Shown here one piece after another: positions 36,803-48,511 of a stretch of DNA of 64,000 bases. Origin of the DNA: an uncultured virus (IMG/VR IMGVR_UViG_3300026201_000006) (taxonomy: Duplodnaviria; Heunggongvirae; Uroviricota; Caudoviricetes); the IMG/VR virus record IMGVR_UViG_3300026201_000006, positions 1-64,000 of that record; one strand, written 5' to 3'. How positions within the stretch are numbered: the first letter of the stretch is position 1; every line of letters starts with the position of its first letter. Below the pieces are notes generated by a model that had not been told where the DNA came from, did not search any database, and was given only the letters and a program-made list of their open reading frames with translations. A program made the position numbers and the translations under genes.

Positions 36803-38685
36803 TGGCAATAGAACGCAGAATATCAGCAAGTGAATTAGATTTTGATCAATTAAAATCAAACTTAATCGCATATATGAAGGCAACCGATACTACCTTCAGT
36901 GACTATAACTATGAAGGATCTGCAATGAATACAATCATTGATGTACTATCATATGTTACTCATGTGAATTCAATGAATGCTAACTTTGCTTTGAATGAAA
37001 CATTCCTTGATACATCTCAATTAAGATCTTCTGTTGTATCACATGCCAAACTATTAGGTTATACACCAAGATCTATTGCACCATCTGTTGCTTATATTGA
37101 TATGACTATGGCAAAGGGAAATGCTACACCTTTATGGAATCATGATGGAACAAATACTCCGTTACCTTTAACTATGACAAGAGGCACAGCATTTAATACT
37201 ACTATCGATGGGGTTAATTACCCCATGTTTGCTTCAGACACTACAACAATTAACTATGATGCAACAAACGGATGGAAGTTTTCTAACATTAAAATAGAAC
37301 AAGGCGTATTATCATCTATAACTTACACATATCAGAATAATGCATTTGAATCATATATTATTCCTGTTAATAATGTAAATACTGCTTCGATTAAAGTTAC
37401 TGTAATAGATTCAGGTGCAACAAATGCATCTAAAGTTTATGCTTTAAATACAAACATGGTTACATTAGATGGCACATCAGAAGTATATTTCTTAGAAGAA
37501 GGAAGAGATGGATACTATGAGATTAAGTTTGGTGATAACATTATTGGTAAGAGGCCAGGTAATGGTAATACAATTTCAATAGAATATGCATCAATTCCAT
37601 CAGGCACTCATGTAAATGGAGCTACTACATTTACTATGACTGATTCGCTTAATGGTAATAGTGATGAGACTATCACACTCGTTACTAGAGCTACTGGCGG
37701 TGCCGCAAGAGAATCACTAGAAGCAATTAAGTTTAATGCACCCCTTGCTCATATATCACAAAACAGAGCTGTAACACCTGATGATTATAAAGCTATTATC
37801 AAAAGTGAATTCGCTGATTTAGAAGCTGTTGCTGTATGGGGCGGTGAAGATAATGATATACCAGATTATGGTAAGGTTTATGTATCGATTAAACCATTAT
37901 CTTCTGAGAAATTAACTGATACTCAAAAAGCAACAATTAAGAATCAGATTCTTAAACCAAAGAATGTTGTAAGTATCACGCCAGTGCTTGTTGATCCTGA
38001 TTATACATATATTGATTTAGAAGTTTATTTTAAATATAATCCTAACAAAGCTACAGTAACTGCAAGCGGTTTGGCTACATCAATAAGGAGTACACTCGTG
38101 TCATATAATAATGATACACTTAAGAGCTTTAACGGCGTTTATAGAGATTCAAATGTTGGTAAATTAATTGATGATACAAATGTTGCTATCGTATCTAATA
38201 TTACTCGTGTGAAGATGACAAAGAAGATTACACCAGTACTTGGAACAGCAACTAAATACGAACTTAAGTTTAATCAAGCGTTAACTGATATAGATGCTAC
38301 TACATCATCTACTGGCTCTTATGTATCTTCAACTAATTTTACATTTGCTGGCGCAGATGCAAAGCTTAAAGATTACTATGATAGCTCAAGTGATACACGA
38401 ATTATTCAAATTGTTGATGCAGCTGGTTTAGTACTAGCTACGAATGTTGGTGAAGTAAATGAGGAAGCTGGAACAGTAACTCTTAACTCATTTAATCCAA
38501 CTGCATTACCTACTGGTTCAACTACAATCGATGTAACGGTTAAACCGGCATCATCTGATGTATCACCAACAAGGAATGAATTATTAACGATAAATACATC
38601 AACTGCTTTAATCACAGGTGAAGTAGATACAATGGCAACTGGCGGTACAACTGCTGGAATCGATTATACAACGGTAAGTAACTAA
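36802..38685 (+). CDS. 6: Baseplate wedge gp6
   Basis: ELDFD, DYNYEGS, NETFLD, QNRAVT..DY, WGGEDN. Confidence 0.95.
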   Translation: MAIERRISASELDFDQLKSNLIAYMKATDTTFSDYNYEGSAMNTIIDVLSYVTHVNSMNANFALNETFLDTSQLRSSVVSHAKLLGYTPRSIAPSVAYIDMTMAKGNATPLWNHDGTNTPLPLTMTRGTAFNTTIDGVNYPMFASDTTTINYDATNGWKFSNIKIEQGVLSSITYTYQNNAFESYIIPVNNVNTASIKVTVIDSGATNASKVYALNTNMVTLDGTSEVYFLEEGRDGYYEIKFGDNIIGKRPGNGNTISIEYASIPSGTHVNGATTFTMTDSLNGNSDETITLVTRATGGAARESLEAIKFNAPLAHISQNRAVTPDDYKAIIKSEFADLEAVAVWGGEDNDIPDYGKVYVSIKPLSSEKLTDTQKATIKNQILKPKNVVSITPVLVDPDYTYIDLEVYFKYNPNKATVTASGLATSIRSTLVSYNNDTLKSFNGVYRDSNVGKLIDDTNVAIVSNITRVKMTKKITPVLGTATKYELKFNQALTDIDATTSSTGSYVSSTNFTFAGADAKLKDYYDSSSDTRIIQIVDAAGLVLATNVGEVNEEAGTVTLNSFNPTALPTGSTTIDVTVKPASSDVSPTRNELLTINTSTALITGEVDTMATGGTTAGIDYTTVSN

Positions 38686-39869
38686 TGGCAAGTGGACTTG
38701 GAAAATATAATATATCATCTTATATAGATGAACTAGTACCTGATCATGTAGAGTCTACATATCCTGATTTAGTTTCATTTCTTAAAACGTATGCATTATA
38801 TTTAGAGCGTCAAAATAAATCTGGATTCTATCTTAACTCATTAGATATACAAAGAGATATCGACTTTGTAGAAGATAACTTACTTACTGAATTGCAGAAT
38901 GAAATCGGTATTGCAATACCAAGAGACTTTGCTACAAATCCAAGGATGTTTTATAAGAGACTTGTAGAATTCTATAAGTCACGTGGTACACCTGAATCAA
39001 TCACATCATTCTTTAGAATGATTTTTGACGATGATGTAGAAACATATTTTCCATATGTAGATATGCTTACACCATCTAATGGAAACTGGACAGATCAGGC
39101 TGTAGCTATTCAGGCAGATAGAACTCAGTTTACACCTACGAATACAATTACATTATCTGGAACACAAGCAAACCCAACAATAATTAGTGGTAATAATGAT
39201 GATGGTAATAGCTTATTACTTGATGATGATGTGGTATTTGTTAATAATACATATCAAACTCCAGGTACAGATTATACTGAAGAAGTATATTCAGATACTA
39301 CTATAAAATATAGATTAAATTTTACAACACAATTATCAAACGGCGATGTTGTAAGAACATATCCAAAGGGTTTGTTTACCAATAACGATGGATTCTTATC
39401 AGATAAAAAATATATACAAGACTCTTATTATTATCAGCAGTTCTCTTATGTTCTAAAAACTGGTAAAAACATTGCTGACTGGAAGAATTCATTTACAAGA
39501 TTAGTTCACCCGGCTGGATTTAAGTTCTTTGGTGAGATTGTTATCTTAGTAAAGCTACTTACATCATCGAATACGCAAACACAGTATGGTTGGTTAGAAC
39601 CAGCTGGTGAAATTAACTTTAATATCGGTGCATTCCAAGTTGGACCAGCATCGTTTAATAGTCACGTATTAGAGAAATCTTATACGCATTTTGCAAGAGG
39701 AAGTTCAGAACTCAGCATTATAGGTATGCAGAACCATTGGGAAAATATGAAGTTTAGATATTTAGGTCCAAACTCAGATTTTGCTCATTGGACACTACAA
39801 GATAGTATAAATAACAATATAAGTACACAATTCGGAATGGGTGGAGCTAGTTCACTCGTTATTTCATAA
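38685..39869 (+). CDS. 7: Baseplate wedge gp7-like
   Basis: FYKSRGT, IQDSYYYQQFSYV, VHPAGFK.FG. Confidence 0.75.
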   Translation: MASGLGKYNISSYIDELVPDHVESTYPDLVSFLKTYALYLERQNKSGFYLNSLDIQRDIDFVEDNLLTELQNEIGIAIPRDFATNPRMFYKRLVEFYKSRGTPESITSFFRMIFDDDVETYFPYVDMLTPSNGNWTDQAVAIQADRTQFTPTNTITLSGTQANPTIISGNNDDGNSLLLDDDVVFVNNTYQTPGTDYTEEVYSDTTIKYRLNFTTQLSNGDVVRTYPKGLFTNNDGFLSDKKYIQDSYYYQQFSYVLKTGKNIADWKNSFTRLVHPAGFKFFGEIVILVKLLTSSNTQTQYGWLEPAGEINFNIGAFQVGPASFNSHVLEKSYTHFARGSSELSIIGMQNHWENMKFRYLGPNSDFAHWTLQDSINNNISTQFGMGGASSLVIS

Positions 39870-39884
39870 AACAAAGGAAAAGAC

Positions 39885-41399
39885 ATGGCAGCAATAATCA
39901 CAAGTAAATTCAGACTGGATACAACAGATAAGTTTGTAAATAGTCTAGGTGATAATCAATTCTATATGGCCTTGGGACGGCCAAACGCATGGACAGATGA
40001 TACTGTCCCAACAACCCCATATGAAAATGACTATACATCACATACTTTATGGGAAAACATGTTTGCCATGAAGAGAATCGATGCTACAGACATTGTTCAT
40101 TGTGCACCAAGAAATCTATGGGTTTCTGGTACAACATATGCAGAATATGATGATCAAGATACAAATATAGAAAGCAAAACATACTTTGTTATTTCAGCGA
40201 ATAACAATGTATATATGTGCTTAAAGGCAGGAAGCGGAGCTTCTACTACTAACCCAGACACAACAGGTGTTCAAACATCTGGTGTTATTAATCATAGTGG
40301 ATCAGACGGTTATATATGGAAATACATGTATACAGTCCCAACGGCTGATGTAACTAAATTCTTAACAACATCATTTATACCAGTAAGACATATTAAAGAA
40401 GTACCACCAGGCGGATCTGATACTGCATTGACTAATCAATGGTCAGTACAAAATAATGCTATTGATGGTGCAATCTATAATATGAAGATCACAACTGCAG
40501 GAACTGGATATACTTCAGCACCTACATTAACAATTGTTGGTGATGGTACGGGTGCTACAGCGACAGCAACAGTAGCTGGCGGTGCTATCACAGGTATTAC
40601 AATGACCGCTGTTGGTTCAGGATATACTCACGCTACTGTAACAGTAACGGGTGGTTCAGGATCTAACGGTGCAATACGACCAGTGATTGGTCCAATCGGT
40701 GGATTTGGCGCAGATCCTACAAATGATCTAAGAGCACATTATGTTACAATTAACACAGTATTTACTGGCGATGAGTCGGGTACAATTCCTGATTCAAACG
40801 ACTTTAGACAAATAGCAGTTGTAAAGAATCCGATTAAGAGTGGAGCAACTGCAAGTGCTACGGTGACAGCTACTGGCTCAATGGTTGTAGGTCAATTTTA
40901 TAAGATCTTAACAATGGGTACTACTACTGACGCACTATGGGCAACCGCAGGTGCATCAGATAATCCAGTTGTTGGTGAAGTATTTAAAGCAATCGCTACA
41001 ACAGTAACTGGTTCAACTACAGGTACAATTGCTGGAGTTGCAGAAGCAAGTGCATACAATACATGTAAGAGCTTAACAGTTGCTACTGGTGATTCATTCC
41101 CGGCAGATCAAATGATTGAAGGTACAGCAACAGGTGCAAAAGCAATGGTTGTAGAATATGATTCATCAAATGGTATCATATACTATATTCAAAACGAAAC
41201 TACCGGATTTGGTACGTTTAATGCATCAACAGATAACATCCGCGATGAAGGTACTTCAGTTGCAGGTGTAGATCTTACAGCAATAAATGCTCCTGCAATT
41301 CTGCATCACGAAGGTGATATAATGTTTGTAGAGAATAGAACAGCCACAACAAGAGCGTCAGGACAAGTAGAAACAGTAAGATTAGTAATCGCATTTTAA
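39885..41399 (+). CDS. 8: Baseplate wedge gp8
   Basis: MAAIIT..FR, DGYIWKYMY, NDFRQ; late promoter at 39806-39813. Confidence 0.88.
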   Translation: MAAIITSKFRLDTTDKFVNSLGDNQFYMALGRPNAWTDDTVPTTPYENDYTSHTLWENMFAMKRIDATDIVHCAPRNLWVSGTTYAEYDDQDTNIESKTYFVISANNNVYMCLKAGSGASTTNPDTTGVQTSGVINHSGSDGYIWKYMYTVPTADVTKFLTTSFIPVRHIKEVPPGGSDTALTNQWSVQNNAIDGAIYNMKITTAGTGYTSAPTLTIVGDGTGATATATVAGGAITGITMTAVGSGYTHATVTVTGGSGSNGAIRPVIGPIGGFGADPTNDLRAHYVTINTVFTGDESGTIPDSNDFRQIAVVKNPIKSGATASATVTATGSMVVGQFYKILTMGTTTDALWATAGASDNPVVGEVFKAIATTVTGSTTGTIAGVAEASAYNTCKSLTVATGDSFPADQMIEGTATGAKAMVVEYDSSNGIIYYIQNETTGFGTFNASTDNIRDEGTSVAGVDLTAINAPAILHHEGDIMFVENRTATTRASGQVETVRLVIAF

Positions 41400-41412
41400 A
41401 TAGGATAGAAAC

Positions 41413-44400
41413 ATGGCAATTTCATTTAACGTAGAACCATATTATGACGACTTTGAATCGGTCGCATCGGGCAATACACTTAGCCCGAAAGAACAATATC
41501 AAAGAATACTATTTCGTCCAGGTAAGGCGGTACAAGCTCGAGAATTAACTCAGCTTCAAACACAGCTACAACATCAAATATCTTCTGCGGGAGATCATAT
41601 ATTTAAAGATGGTTCTGTTGTTGTACCAGGGGCAGTGCATCTACATAATAAGATTGACTATGTAAGATTATCAGCATGTAACACAACTGCAGTTGCAGAT
41701 ATTATTGGTACTGAATATAGTAACTCAAGTTCTACTGTTGCGCGTGTCATCCATGCTACATTAGCAAGTGGTGATGATTCAATTACTTTATTTGTTCAAT
41801 ATATTGCAGGCACAATTTTTGCAGCAGGAGAATCATTAACAGCTACAGGAGGTAAGACAGCTACAGTTGCAAATTCTAATGATGCTAATTCAAATACTCC
41901 TATAGGTTTTGGTTCAATTGTAGCTATCGAAGATGGTATCTATTATATTAAGAAACACTTTATAACAGTTAAAGCAAAGACAATTGTCTTAAACAAATAC
42001 ACAGAAAATGTATCATTTGATATTGGCTTACTCGTTACAGAAGCTCTTGTTAGTTCAGGTACTGATGCATCGTTAAATGATAATGCTACAGGCACACCTA
42101 ATGAGTCTGCTCCAGGTGCACATCGTTATTCTATTACAGCAGCATTATCTTCTCAAGCAGTTAATGCAAACTCTGGTAACTTTGTTCTTATTGCTCGATT
42201 AGAATCTGGTGTTATTACAAAGAAAGCTGGTGTTGATTATAATGCTTTGCAAGATGAATTAGCACGCAGAACATTTGATGAATCAGGTAACTATTATGTT
42301 AATCCTTTTCCAGCAGTTGTTAAAACACATCAAGCAGATAGTCCTAGTGCTACAAAATTATCTCTTGCTGTTGGCCCTTCAAAAGCTTATGTAAGGGGTT
42401 ATGAAATAACTAAATTAGGAACTTCTAATGTTCACTTTAATAAAGCAAGAACATCAGAATTAGTTACAGATAAACTTACAGAGATAACACATAATAACTT
42501 TATTGAAGTTGATAACATGGTTGGTGTTCCTGATATTACTACATTTAATACTATATCAATTGAGAATTCTGGTGGTACAGAGATTGGTACATGTCGTGCA
42601 CGATCAATCGAAAGAGTAAGTGGTGATGGTGCAAGTACAGCTTCAAGGTATAGAATTCATATATTTGATGTAAAATTTGCAAGTGGTAATACTACTGGAA
42701 TGGCTAGTGCAACTCAGCTAGATGAAACGGGCGGTGGATCGTTTGCTGCACAAATTGCACAAACAAGTTCTGTTAATGTATTTAACCTTGGTCCAGATAG
42801 TTTAGTATACCAATTGCCATACGAAAGAATTAAAACTTGTAATAGTCAAACAGATGGCACAACTGATTTTAACTATAGATATGAGACTAATCGTATTATA
42901 GCTTCAGCTACTGTATCAGGTACTGGTACTGCCACATTTGAAGCCGTTGCTGCTGGTGAACAATTTGGTTCTAAATCACTTAATACAAATTGGATTCTAA
43001 TTAACGATACTGATTCAACAGTCGGTGGTGAAGAAGTAACTACTTCTGATATTACTATTAATAACAGCGCAAATCCACCAAATGTTGTTATATCTAACTT
43101 ACCTGTATCTTCTCAGGGTGATACGGTAAGACTAATTGCCCCTGTTGTACGTACGTTAAATCAAAAGACTAAATCGTTAGTTACTAACCAAAGCAGTCCA
43201 TTAAATGCAGGAACAGATTATACTACTATCAATAGCGCTAATGCTCTTGGTCATGCAGATATTTATCGTATAGTATCTGTTACAGAAACTTCTGGTGGCG
43301 CTGACGTTACTGAACACTTTGATTTAGATAATGGTCAAAGAGATACTCATTATGATGTTGGTCATATACAATTAAAAACTACATCTAACTATACAGCGGC
43401 TGTAGCACTTACTGTAACATATGATTACTTTACACATACTGCCGGAGATTTCTTTACAGTTGATTCATATACCGGACTTGATTACGAAAATATTCCTAAG
43501 CATGGAGACATAGAATTAAGAAGTGCGGTCGACTTTAGACCAAGGATGGATAATACTGGTAGTAACTTTACAGGAACAGGCGCAGTTACAGCATTTGCTC
43601 CTACAAGATTCTCACAATTTGAAACTGATATTCAATTTTACTTGCCTAGAATGGACAAAGTATATTTAGATTCTAAAGGCAATTTTGGTGTTTCTGAAGG
43701 TATTCCAGCTAGAGCTCCTGAAGGCCCTGCTATTCCAAGTGATGCAATGCATTTATTTACATTAAGTATTCCTGCATACACGTTGAGTACTGAAGAAGTT
43801 GGAATTGGATTTGTTGACCAGCGTAGATACACTATGCGTGATATTGGTAAGCTTGACACAAGATTAAATCAAGTAGAATATTATACTGCTTTAAATTTCT
43901 TAGAAACTGAAGCACAGAATACACAAATTTTAGATACAGTATCACCATTTAATCCAAGATGGAAATCTGGTTATTTAGTAGATGCTTTTGCAAATACTCG
44001 TATGTCAAGGAATGATTCTCCTGAGTACAGAGCTTCTGTTGATATACCTAACCGTAGACTACGACCTGGATTTGCACAAGGTAATGCTGCCTTATCGTGG
44101 ATTTCAGGATCTTCAGATACAGTTAAAACTGGTGATTTAATTACATTACCATATACTCATTCTGCAGCTATAACACAAACACAATATTCAGGAAGTGTTA
44201 ATGTTAACCCATATAATGTCTTTAACTGGGTTGGTTCAATGGCACTATCTCCATCTACTGATGAATGGTTAGATATCGAACGTAGACCAGAAGTTGTTTT
44301 AAATAACGATGGTGAGTTTGATGCAATGGTAGAAGCATTACAACCTCAACTTGGTACTGTATGGGGTTCATGGACAACAAACTGGTCAGGCGGTGGCGGA

Positions 44401-46446
44401 CATTGGGAGATGTCTTATACTCCTGGTAAGATGGAAGGGCCAAGGAATTCATATCGTGGTAGAGGTTCATGGTCAAGAAACTGGGTAAGTGGTAACCGCC
44501 ATATCACTGGTAAATCAAGATCAGGTGTTAAAACAAGTATTGCAGTTGAAACATCAAGAGTTGAGCAAGGTGATAGAGTAGTTGAAGTTAACTTTGTTCC
44601 ATTCATGAGATCAAGGCTTGTACACTTTAGTGCTACTCGTATGAAACCAAACACTACTGTTTATGCATTCTTTGATGGAGTATCAGTAGCAAACTTTGTT
44701 AACGAAGCTCAACCAGGTCATACACCTCTAGTAGGTATTAATAGTGAGACTGCTCATCCGAGTGGTGCTGGAGCATTAACGACTGATGCAAATGGTGCTG
44801 TGAGTGGTTCATTCCTTATACCTAATAATAGTACAACTCAATTTAGTGCTGGTACAAAAGAATTTAGATTGACTTCTGATAGTACTAATAATGAAAGCTT
44901 ATCTCGTACATCAGCCACAGCAGATTATACAGCTGCAGGCTTAATTGAAACAAGAGAGAACGTTATTATTTCAACAAGAATTCCACGTATACAGAGAACT
45001 AATGTTTCTTCAGGTAATGTGGCATACTCAGATCCATTAGCACAATCATTCTTATTTGATAAGGCTCAATTTATTACTAAGTTAGATCTTTATTTTGTAA
45101 CTAAAGATGCTAATATACCTGTTCAAGTACAGATACGTGAAATGGTAAATGGATTCCCAACTCAAACAGTTGTTCCATTCTCTGATGTAACACTTAATCC
45201 AGGTTCTGTAAATATCGATGGTACAGCAACTACATTCACATTCCCATCTCCAGTATTCTTACAAGATGGTATTGAATATGCATTTGTTATTCTTGCTAAT
45301 TCAAATGATTACACGGTACGTTTTGCTGAAGTTGGCGCTGAAGATCAAAATGGTAATAGAATTTCACAACAACCATACAACGGTGTATTATTTAAATCAG
45401 CTAATGCATCAACATGGACTGCTGAGCAAGGTAAAGACTTAACATTTGTTATGCATAGAGCTGAGTTTGATACTTCGCAAACACGTAATGCGGTATTAAG
45501 AAATGACACTTTAGAAGCAAGAGCATTAGGTAATAATCCAATTACAACAACTAGTGGTTCACAAAATATTACTGTTGCTCATCGTGATCATGGTCATGCA
45601 GTTGGCGATTCAGTTACTATAGCTGGAGTTGCTGCAACGATTAACGGTCATACTACTACGCATCTAAATAAAGCACATACAATTACTGCTGTGACTCATG
45701 ATACATATACATTTGTATCAGCTGGAACCGGTAGTGCTACAGGTATTGGTGGTGGAGCAGCGTGTACTGCAACACAGCATTTAGCTTGGAATACAGTTAA
45801 ACCAATTATTCAAGAACTTATATTACCTGATACTGGAACAACGTATACAATTAAAGATACAGCTCAAGGTAATGGTACAACTATTGGAACGACAGCATTA
45901 GCAATAAGAGCAAATGAAGATTATACACCGTTAAGTCCGAAGGTGATTAAATCAGGTGGAACTCACACAGTAGAACTTGAGTCTACATTTACATCAAGCA
46001 ATAGTTACCTATCACCAGTTATTGATATGGAAAGATGTTCATTGATTACTATTGGAAATCGTATTGATAATGTAACAAGTGGTGAAGATACAGCAGCGGG
46101 TGGTGCTAACTTAGCGAAGTACGTAACAAAGACTGTTGAATTACAAAATGATTCAGATGGAATTAAACTAATTATGGATTTACATCGTCCGAATAATACA
46201 TTTATTGACGTATATCATAAGACTGGTAATAACTTAGCAGATTTTGATACAGAGTCATGGGTGTTAGCAACAAATGATGAAACTACAGTTGCATTCTCAG
46301 ACGGTTATGAATTTAATGAGACGGTATATACTATTACACCTGCAGCAACATTTACATTATTTGCTATTAAGATTGTAATGAGATCTACTAATACAAGTGA
46401 TATACCGATGGTTCAACAACTTAGAGCTATAGCACTTCAAGTATAA
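41413..46446 (+). CDS. Large virion structural protein (DUF4815/VrlC-like)
   Basis: PYYDDF, LFRPG.AVQARELTQLQ, APGAHR, LARRTFDESG.Y, DPLAQSF. Confidence 0.85.
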   Translation: MAISFNVEPYYDDFESVASGNTLSPKEQYQRILFRPGKAVQARELTQLQTQLQHQISSAGDHIFKDGSVVVPGAVHLHNKIDYVRLSACNTTAVADIIGTEYSNSSSTVARVIHATLASGDDSITLFVQYIAGTIFAAGESLTATGGKTATVANSNDANSNTPIGFGSIVAIEDGIYYIKKHFITVKAKTIVLNKYTENVSFDIGLLVTEALVSSGTDASLNDNATGTPNESAPGAHRYSITAALSSQAVNANSGNFVLIARLESGVITKKAGVDYNALQDELARRTFDESGNYYVNPFPAVVKTHQADSPSATKLSLAVGPSKAYVRGYEITKLGTSNVHFNKARTSELVTDKLTEITHNNFIEVDNMVGVPDITTFNTISIENSGGTEIGTCRARSIERVSGDGASTASRYRIHIFDVKFASGNTTGMASATQLDETGGGSFAAQIAQTSSVNVFNLGPDSLVYQLPYERIKTCNSQTDGTTDFNYRYETNRIIASATVSGTGTATFEAVAAGEQFGSKSLNTNWILINDTDSTVGGEEVTTSDITINNSANPPNVVISNLPVSSQGDTVRLIAPVVRTLNQKTKSLVTNQSSPLNAGTDYTTINSANALGHADIYRIVSVTETSGGADVTEHFDLDNGQRDTHYDVGHIQLKTTSNYTAAVALTVTYDYFTHTAGDFFTVDSYTGLDYENIPKHGDIELRSAVDFRPRMDNTGSNFTGTGAVTAFAPTRFSQFETDIQFYLPRMDKVYLDSKGNFGVSEGIPARAPEGPAIPSDAMHLFTLSIPAYTLSTEEVGIGFVDQRRYTMRDIGKLDTRLNQVEYYTALNFLETEAQNTQILDTVSPFNPRWKSGYLVDAFANTRMSRNDSPEYRASVDIPNRRLRPGFAQGNAALSWISGSSDTVKTGDLITLPYTHSAAITQTQYSGSVNVNPYNVFNWVGSMALSPSTDEWLDIERRPEVVLNNDGEFDAMVEALQPQLGTVWGSWTTNWSGGGGHWEMSYTPGKMEGPRNSYRGRGSWSRNWVSGNRHITGKSRSGVKTSIAVETSRVEQGDRVVEVNFVPFMRSRLVHFSATRMKPNTTVYAFFDGVSVANFVNEAQPGHTPLVGINSETAHPSGAGALTTDANGAVSGSFLIPNNSTTQFSAGTKEFRLTSDSTNNESLSRTSATADYTAAGLIETRENVIISTRIPRIQRTNVSSGNVAYSDPLAQSFLFDKAQFITKLDLYFVTKDANIPVQVQIREMVNGFPTQTVVPFSDVTLNPGSVNIDGTATTFTFPSPVFLQDGIEYAFVILANSNDYTVRFAEVGAEDQNGNRISQQPYNGVLFKSANASTWTAEQGKDLTFVMHRAEFDTSQTRNAVLRNDTLEARALGNNPITTTSGSQNITVAHRDHGHAVGDSVTIAGVAATINGHTTTHLNKAHTITAVTHDTYTFVSAGTGSATGIGGGAACTATQHLAWNTVKPIIQELILPDTGTTYTIKDTAQGNGTTIGTTALAIRANEDYTPLSPKVIKSGGTHTVELESTFTSSNSYLSPVIDMERCSLITIGNRIDNVTSGEDTAAGGANLAKYVTKTVELQNDSDGIKLIMDLHRPNNTFIDVYHKTGNNLADFDTESWVLATNDETTVAFSDGYEFNETVYTITPAATFTLFAIKIVMRSTNTSDIPMVQQLRAIALQV

Positions 46447-46646
46447 TGATAAAAGTTGAAGGATATACTAATTTAGCAAGAGATCCAAAGTCTGGAGCGA
46501 TTATAAATATGAGTAACAGTAAGATACACTCTATGAATAGAGCTGCGCTTAAAGAAGAAGCAAGAGTGCATCAAGAACGTTTGGATAAAGTAGAACAAGA
46601 TGTATCTGAAATTAAAGATATGTTAAAACAATTAATAGAGAGATAA
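46446..46646 (+). CDS. Small conserved virion-cluster protein
   Basis: L.RD..SGAIIN with a coiled-coil C-terminus. Confidence 0.7.
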   Translation: MIKVEGYTNLARDPKSGAIINMSNSKIHSMNRAALKEEARVHQERLDKVEQDVSEIKDMLKQLIER

Positions 46647-46647
46647 T

Positions 46648-47856
46648 ATGGCAACAGTAAACGTAACAACAGCAAATACATTTGAAGAATGGAGAGTTAA
46701 AACCAACCAGTTAGGTACTGCGATTGGTGACTTAACTAATCTAACTGCAAATGATTCGGGTGCAACTACGGTTGTTGCAGCGCTGAATATACATGATACT
46801 GCAACTGAAGCGGCCGCGGCTGCCATCGGTACAATAGGTGACTTATGGGATACATCAAATTACGGTGCGTTAGTACTTGCTGCAAATAAAAACCATGCAG
46901 ATATTGAAACAATTGCTTCAACCGCTGGTATTAACTTAGCAGGCTCAAGCTTATCTGGATATAATGGTTCAGAGACAACTCTAGTTGCTATTCTTAATGC
47001 TCAATATGCAGTTGACAATACTCAAACAGCTAATATAACAAGCAATGACACGGATATTGCTGCAATAAATACTAAGCTAGGTACAATATCAGCAGCGGCA
47101 ATGGGAACAACCGCATCCACTGTTGGTCCTGCTATTTTAGAATTACATGGTGAAGTAACCACAGCTACAGCAGATATTGCAGCAATTGGTAGTAATTTTG
47201 TAGCAGTAGCCGGTGATACAATGACTGGTAAATTAATTACTGCATCATCAGGATTAGGTGGTTCAAATGCTGGTGTAAGTGCTGCAACATCATTAACATT
47301 AGGTACTGGTTCGGGAACAGCGATAACAGTTGACTCAAATCAAAGAATTGGTATTGGTATAGCAGCGCATGGATCACATAAAGTAGATGTATCAGGTAAT
47401 TTAAATGCGACTACATTAAGTTATGGCGGAACAGATTTAAAATCAGTATTCTTTGAACAAGGCGAAGCCTTTGAAGATGCTGTAGGTGCTATGTTTGATG
47501 GTACGGAAACAGGTGGTATCTCGGCTACATATGATGATACAAATGGTAATATTAATTTAGCAATTGCTGATGATGGACACGCTCACGTTGTAGGTAATAT
47601 CGATAACTTTACAGAAGAAGTACAGGATATTATCGGAGCAATGGTATCAGGTAATACTGAAGGTGGTATTTCAGTTGATTACGAAGATGGTGACGGAACA
47701 CTTGATTTTAATGTTAATGATCCAACCATCACTTTGACTGGTGCGGTTACAGGTTCTGCAACAATGACAAACTTAGGTAATGTTAGCATCACAACAACAG
47801 CGTCTACATCAACAAAGCTAGATGTTTTTGATGTCGCTGGTAACCAACTGTTCTAA
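46648..47856 (+). CDS. Fibre-like structural protein
   Basis: TFEEWRVKTN N-terminus; coiled-coil and beta repeats. Confidence 0.65.
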   Translation: MATVNVTTANTFEEWRVKTNQLGTAIGDLTNLTANDSGATTVVAALNIHDTATEAAAAAIGTIGDLWDTSNYGALVLAANKNHADIETIASTAGINLAGSSLSGYNGSETTLVAILNAQYAVDNTQTANITSNDTDIAAINTKLGTISAAAMGTTASTVGPAILELHGEVTTATADIAAIGSNFVAVAGDTMTGKLITASSGLGGSNAGVSAATSLTLGTGSGTAITVDSNQRIGIGIAAHGSHKVDVSGNLNATTLSYGGTDLKSVFFEQGEAFEDAVGAMFDGTETGGISATYDDTNGNINLAIADDGHAHVVGNIDNFTEEVQDIIGAMVSGNTEGGISVDYEDGDGTLDFNVNDPTITLTGAVTGSATMTNLGNVSITTTASTSTKLDVFDVAGNQLF

Positions 47857-47891
47857 AACAACAAAAATATAAATAGAGGTATACATAGAAA

Positions 47892-48227
47892 ATGGCAATA
47901 TTAAGTAATTTAAGTATAGATCAGGGTGCAGATTATAGTGCTGAGGTTATTGTAGAAGATGCTGCAGGTAATGTAGCAAACTTAACAGGATATACTGTTG
48001 CAGGACAAATAAGAAAAAGCTATTCGTCAAGTACTGCAATAGATTTTGGAGCAACTGTATCAAATGCTACTGCAGGTGAAATTACAATAACATTGGCTAA
48101 TAGCGTAACAAATGGTATGAAAGCTGGGCGTTATGTTTATGATGTAGAGATAACAAAAACATCTTCGGGTGAAAAAACTAGGGTAATAGAAGGACAAGTA
48201 ACAGTGACTCCAGGAGTAACACAGTAA
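47892..48227 (+). CDS. Ig-like structural adaptor protein
   Basis: IDQGAD, GRYVYDVEI, RVIEG..TVTP; late promoter at 47868-47875. Confidence 0.7.
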   Translation: MAILSNLSIDQGADYSAEVIVEDAAGNVANLTGYTVAGQIRKSYSSSTAIDFGATVSNATAGEITITLANSVTNGMKAGRYVYDVEITKTSSGEKTRVIEGQVTVTPGVTQ

Positions 48228-48478
48228 TGGCATTACAAGGTAAGATTACGGCAACTAGGCCGTTACAAGGTGCTGGAATGAAACAAAAAGAAATAGTTGC
48301 AAGAAATATTTCTGTTTCAACATTTACTACTCAGTTATCCACATTAACAGATGTTGATGTATCTGCAAGAGTTGATGGATCGATCATACAATATGATGCG
48401 TCATCAAGTACTTTTAAGGTTAAACCTGTGATGGAAGACACGAACAGTAATACAAAAATTAATGGTGGTACATTTTAG
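48227..48478 (+). CDS. Small structural protein
   Basis: LTDVD..DGS.IQYD; C-terminal INGGTF. Confidence 0.6.
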   Translation: MALQGKITATRPLQGAGMKQKEIVARNISVSTFTTQLSTLTDVDVSARVDGSIIQYDASSSTFKVKPVMEDTNSNTKINGGTF

Positions 48479-48511
48479 TGCCGCTTAAATATAAATTAGA
48501 GGAGATATAGG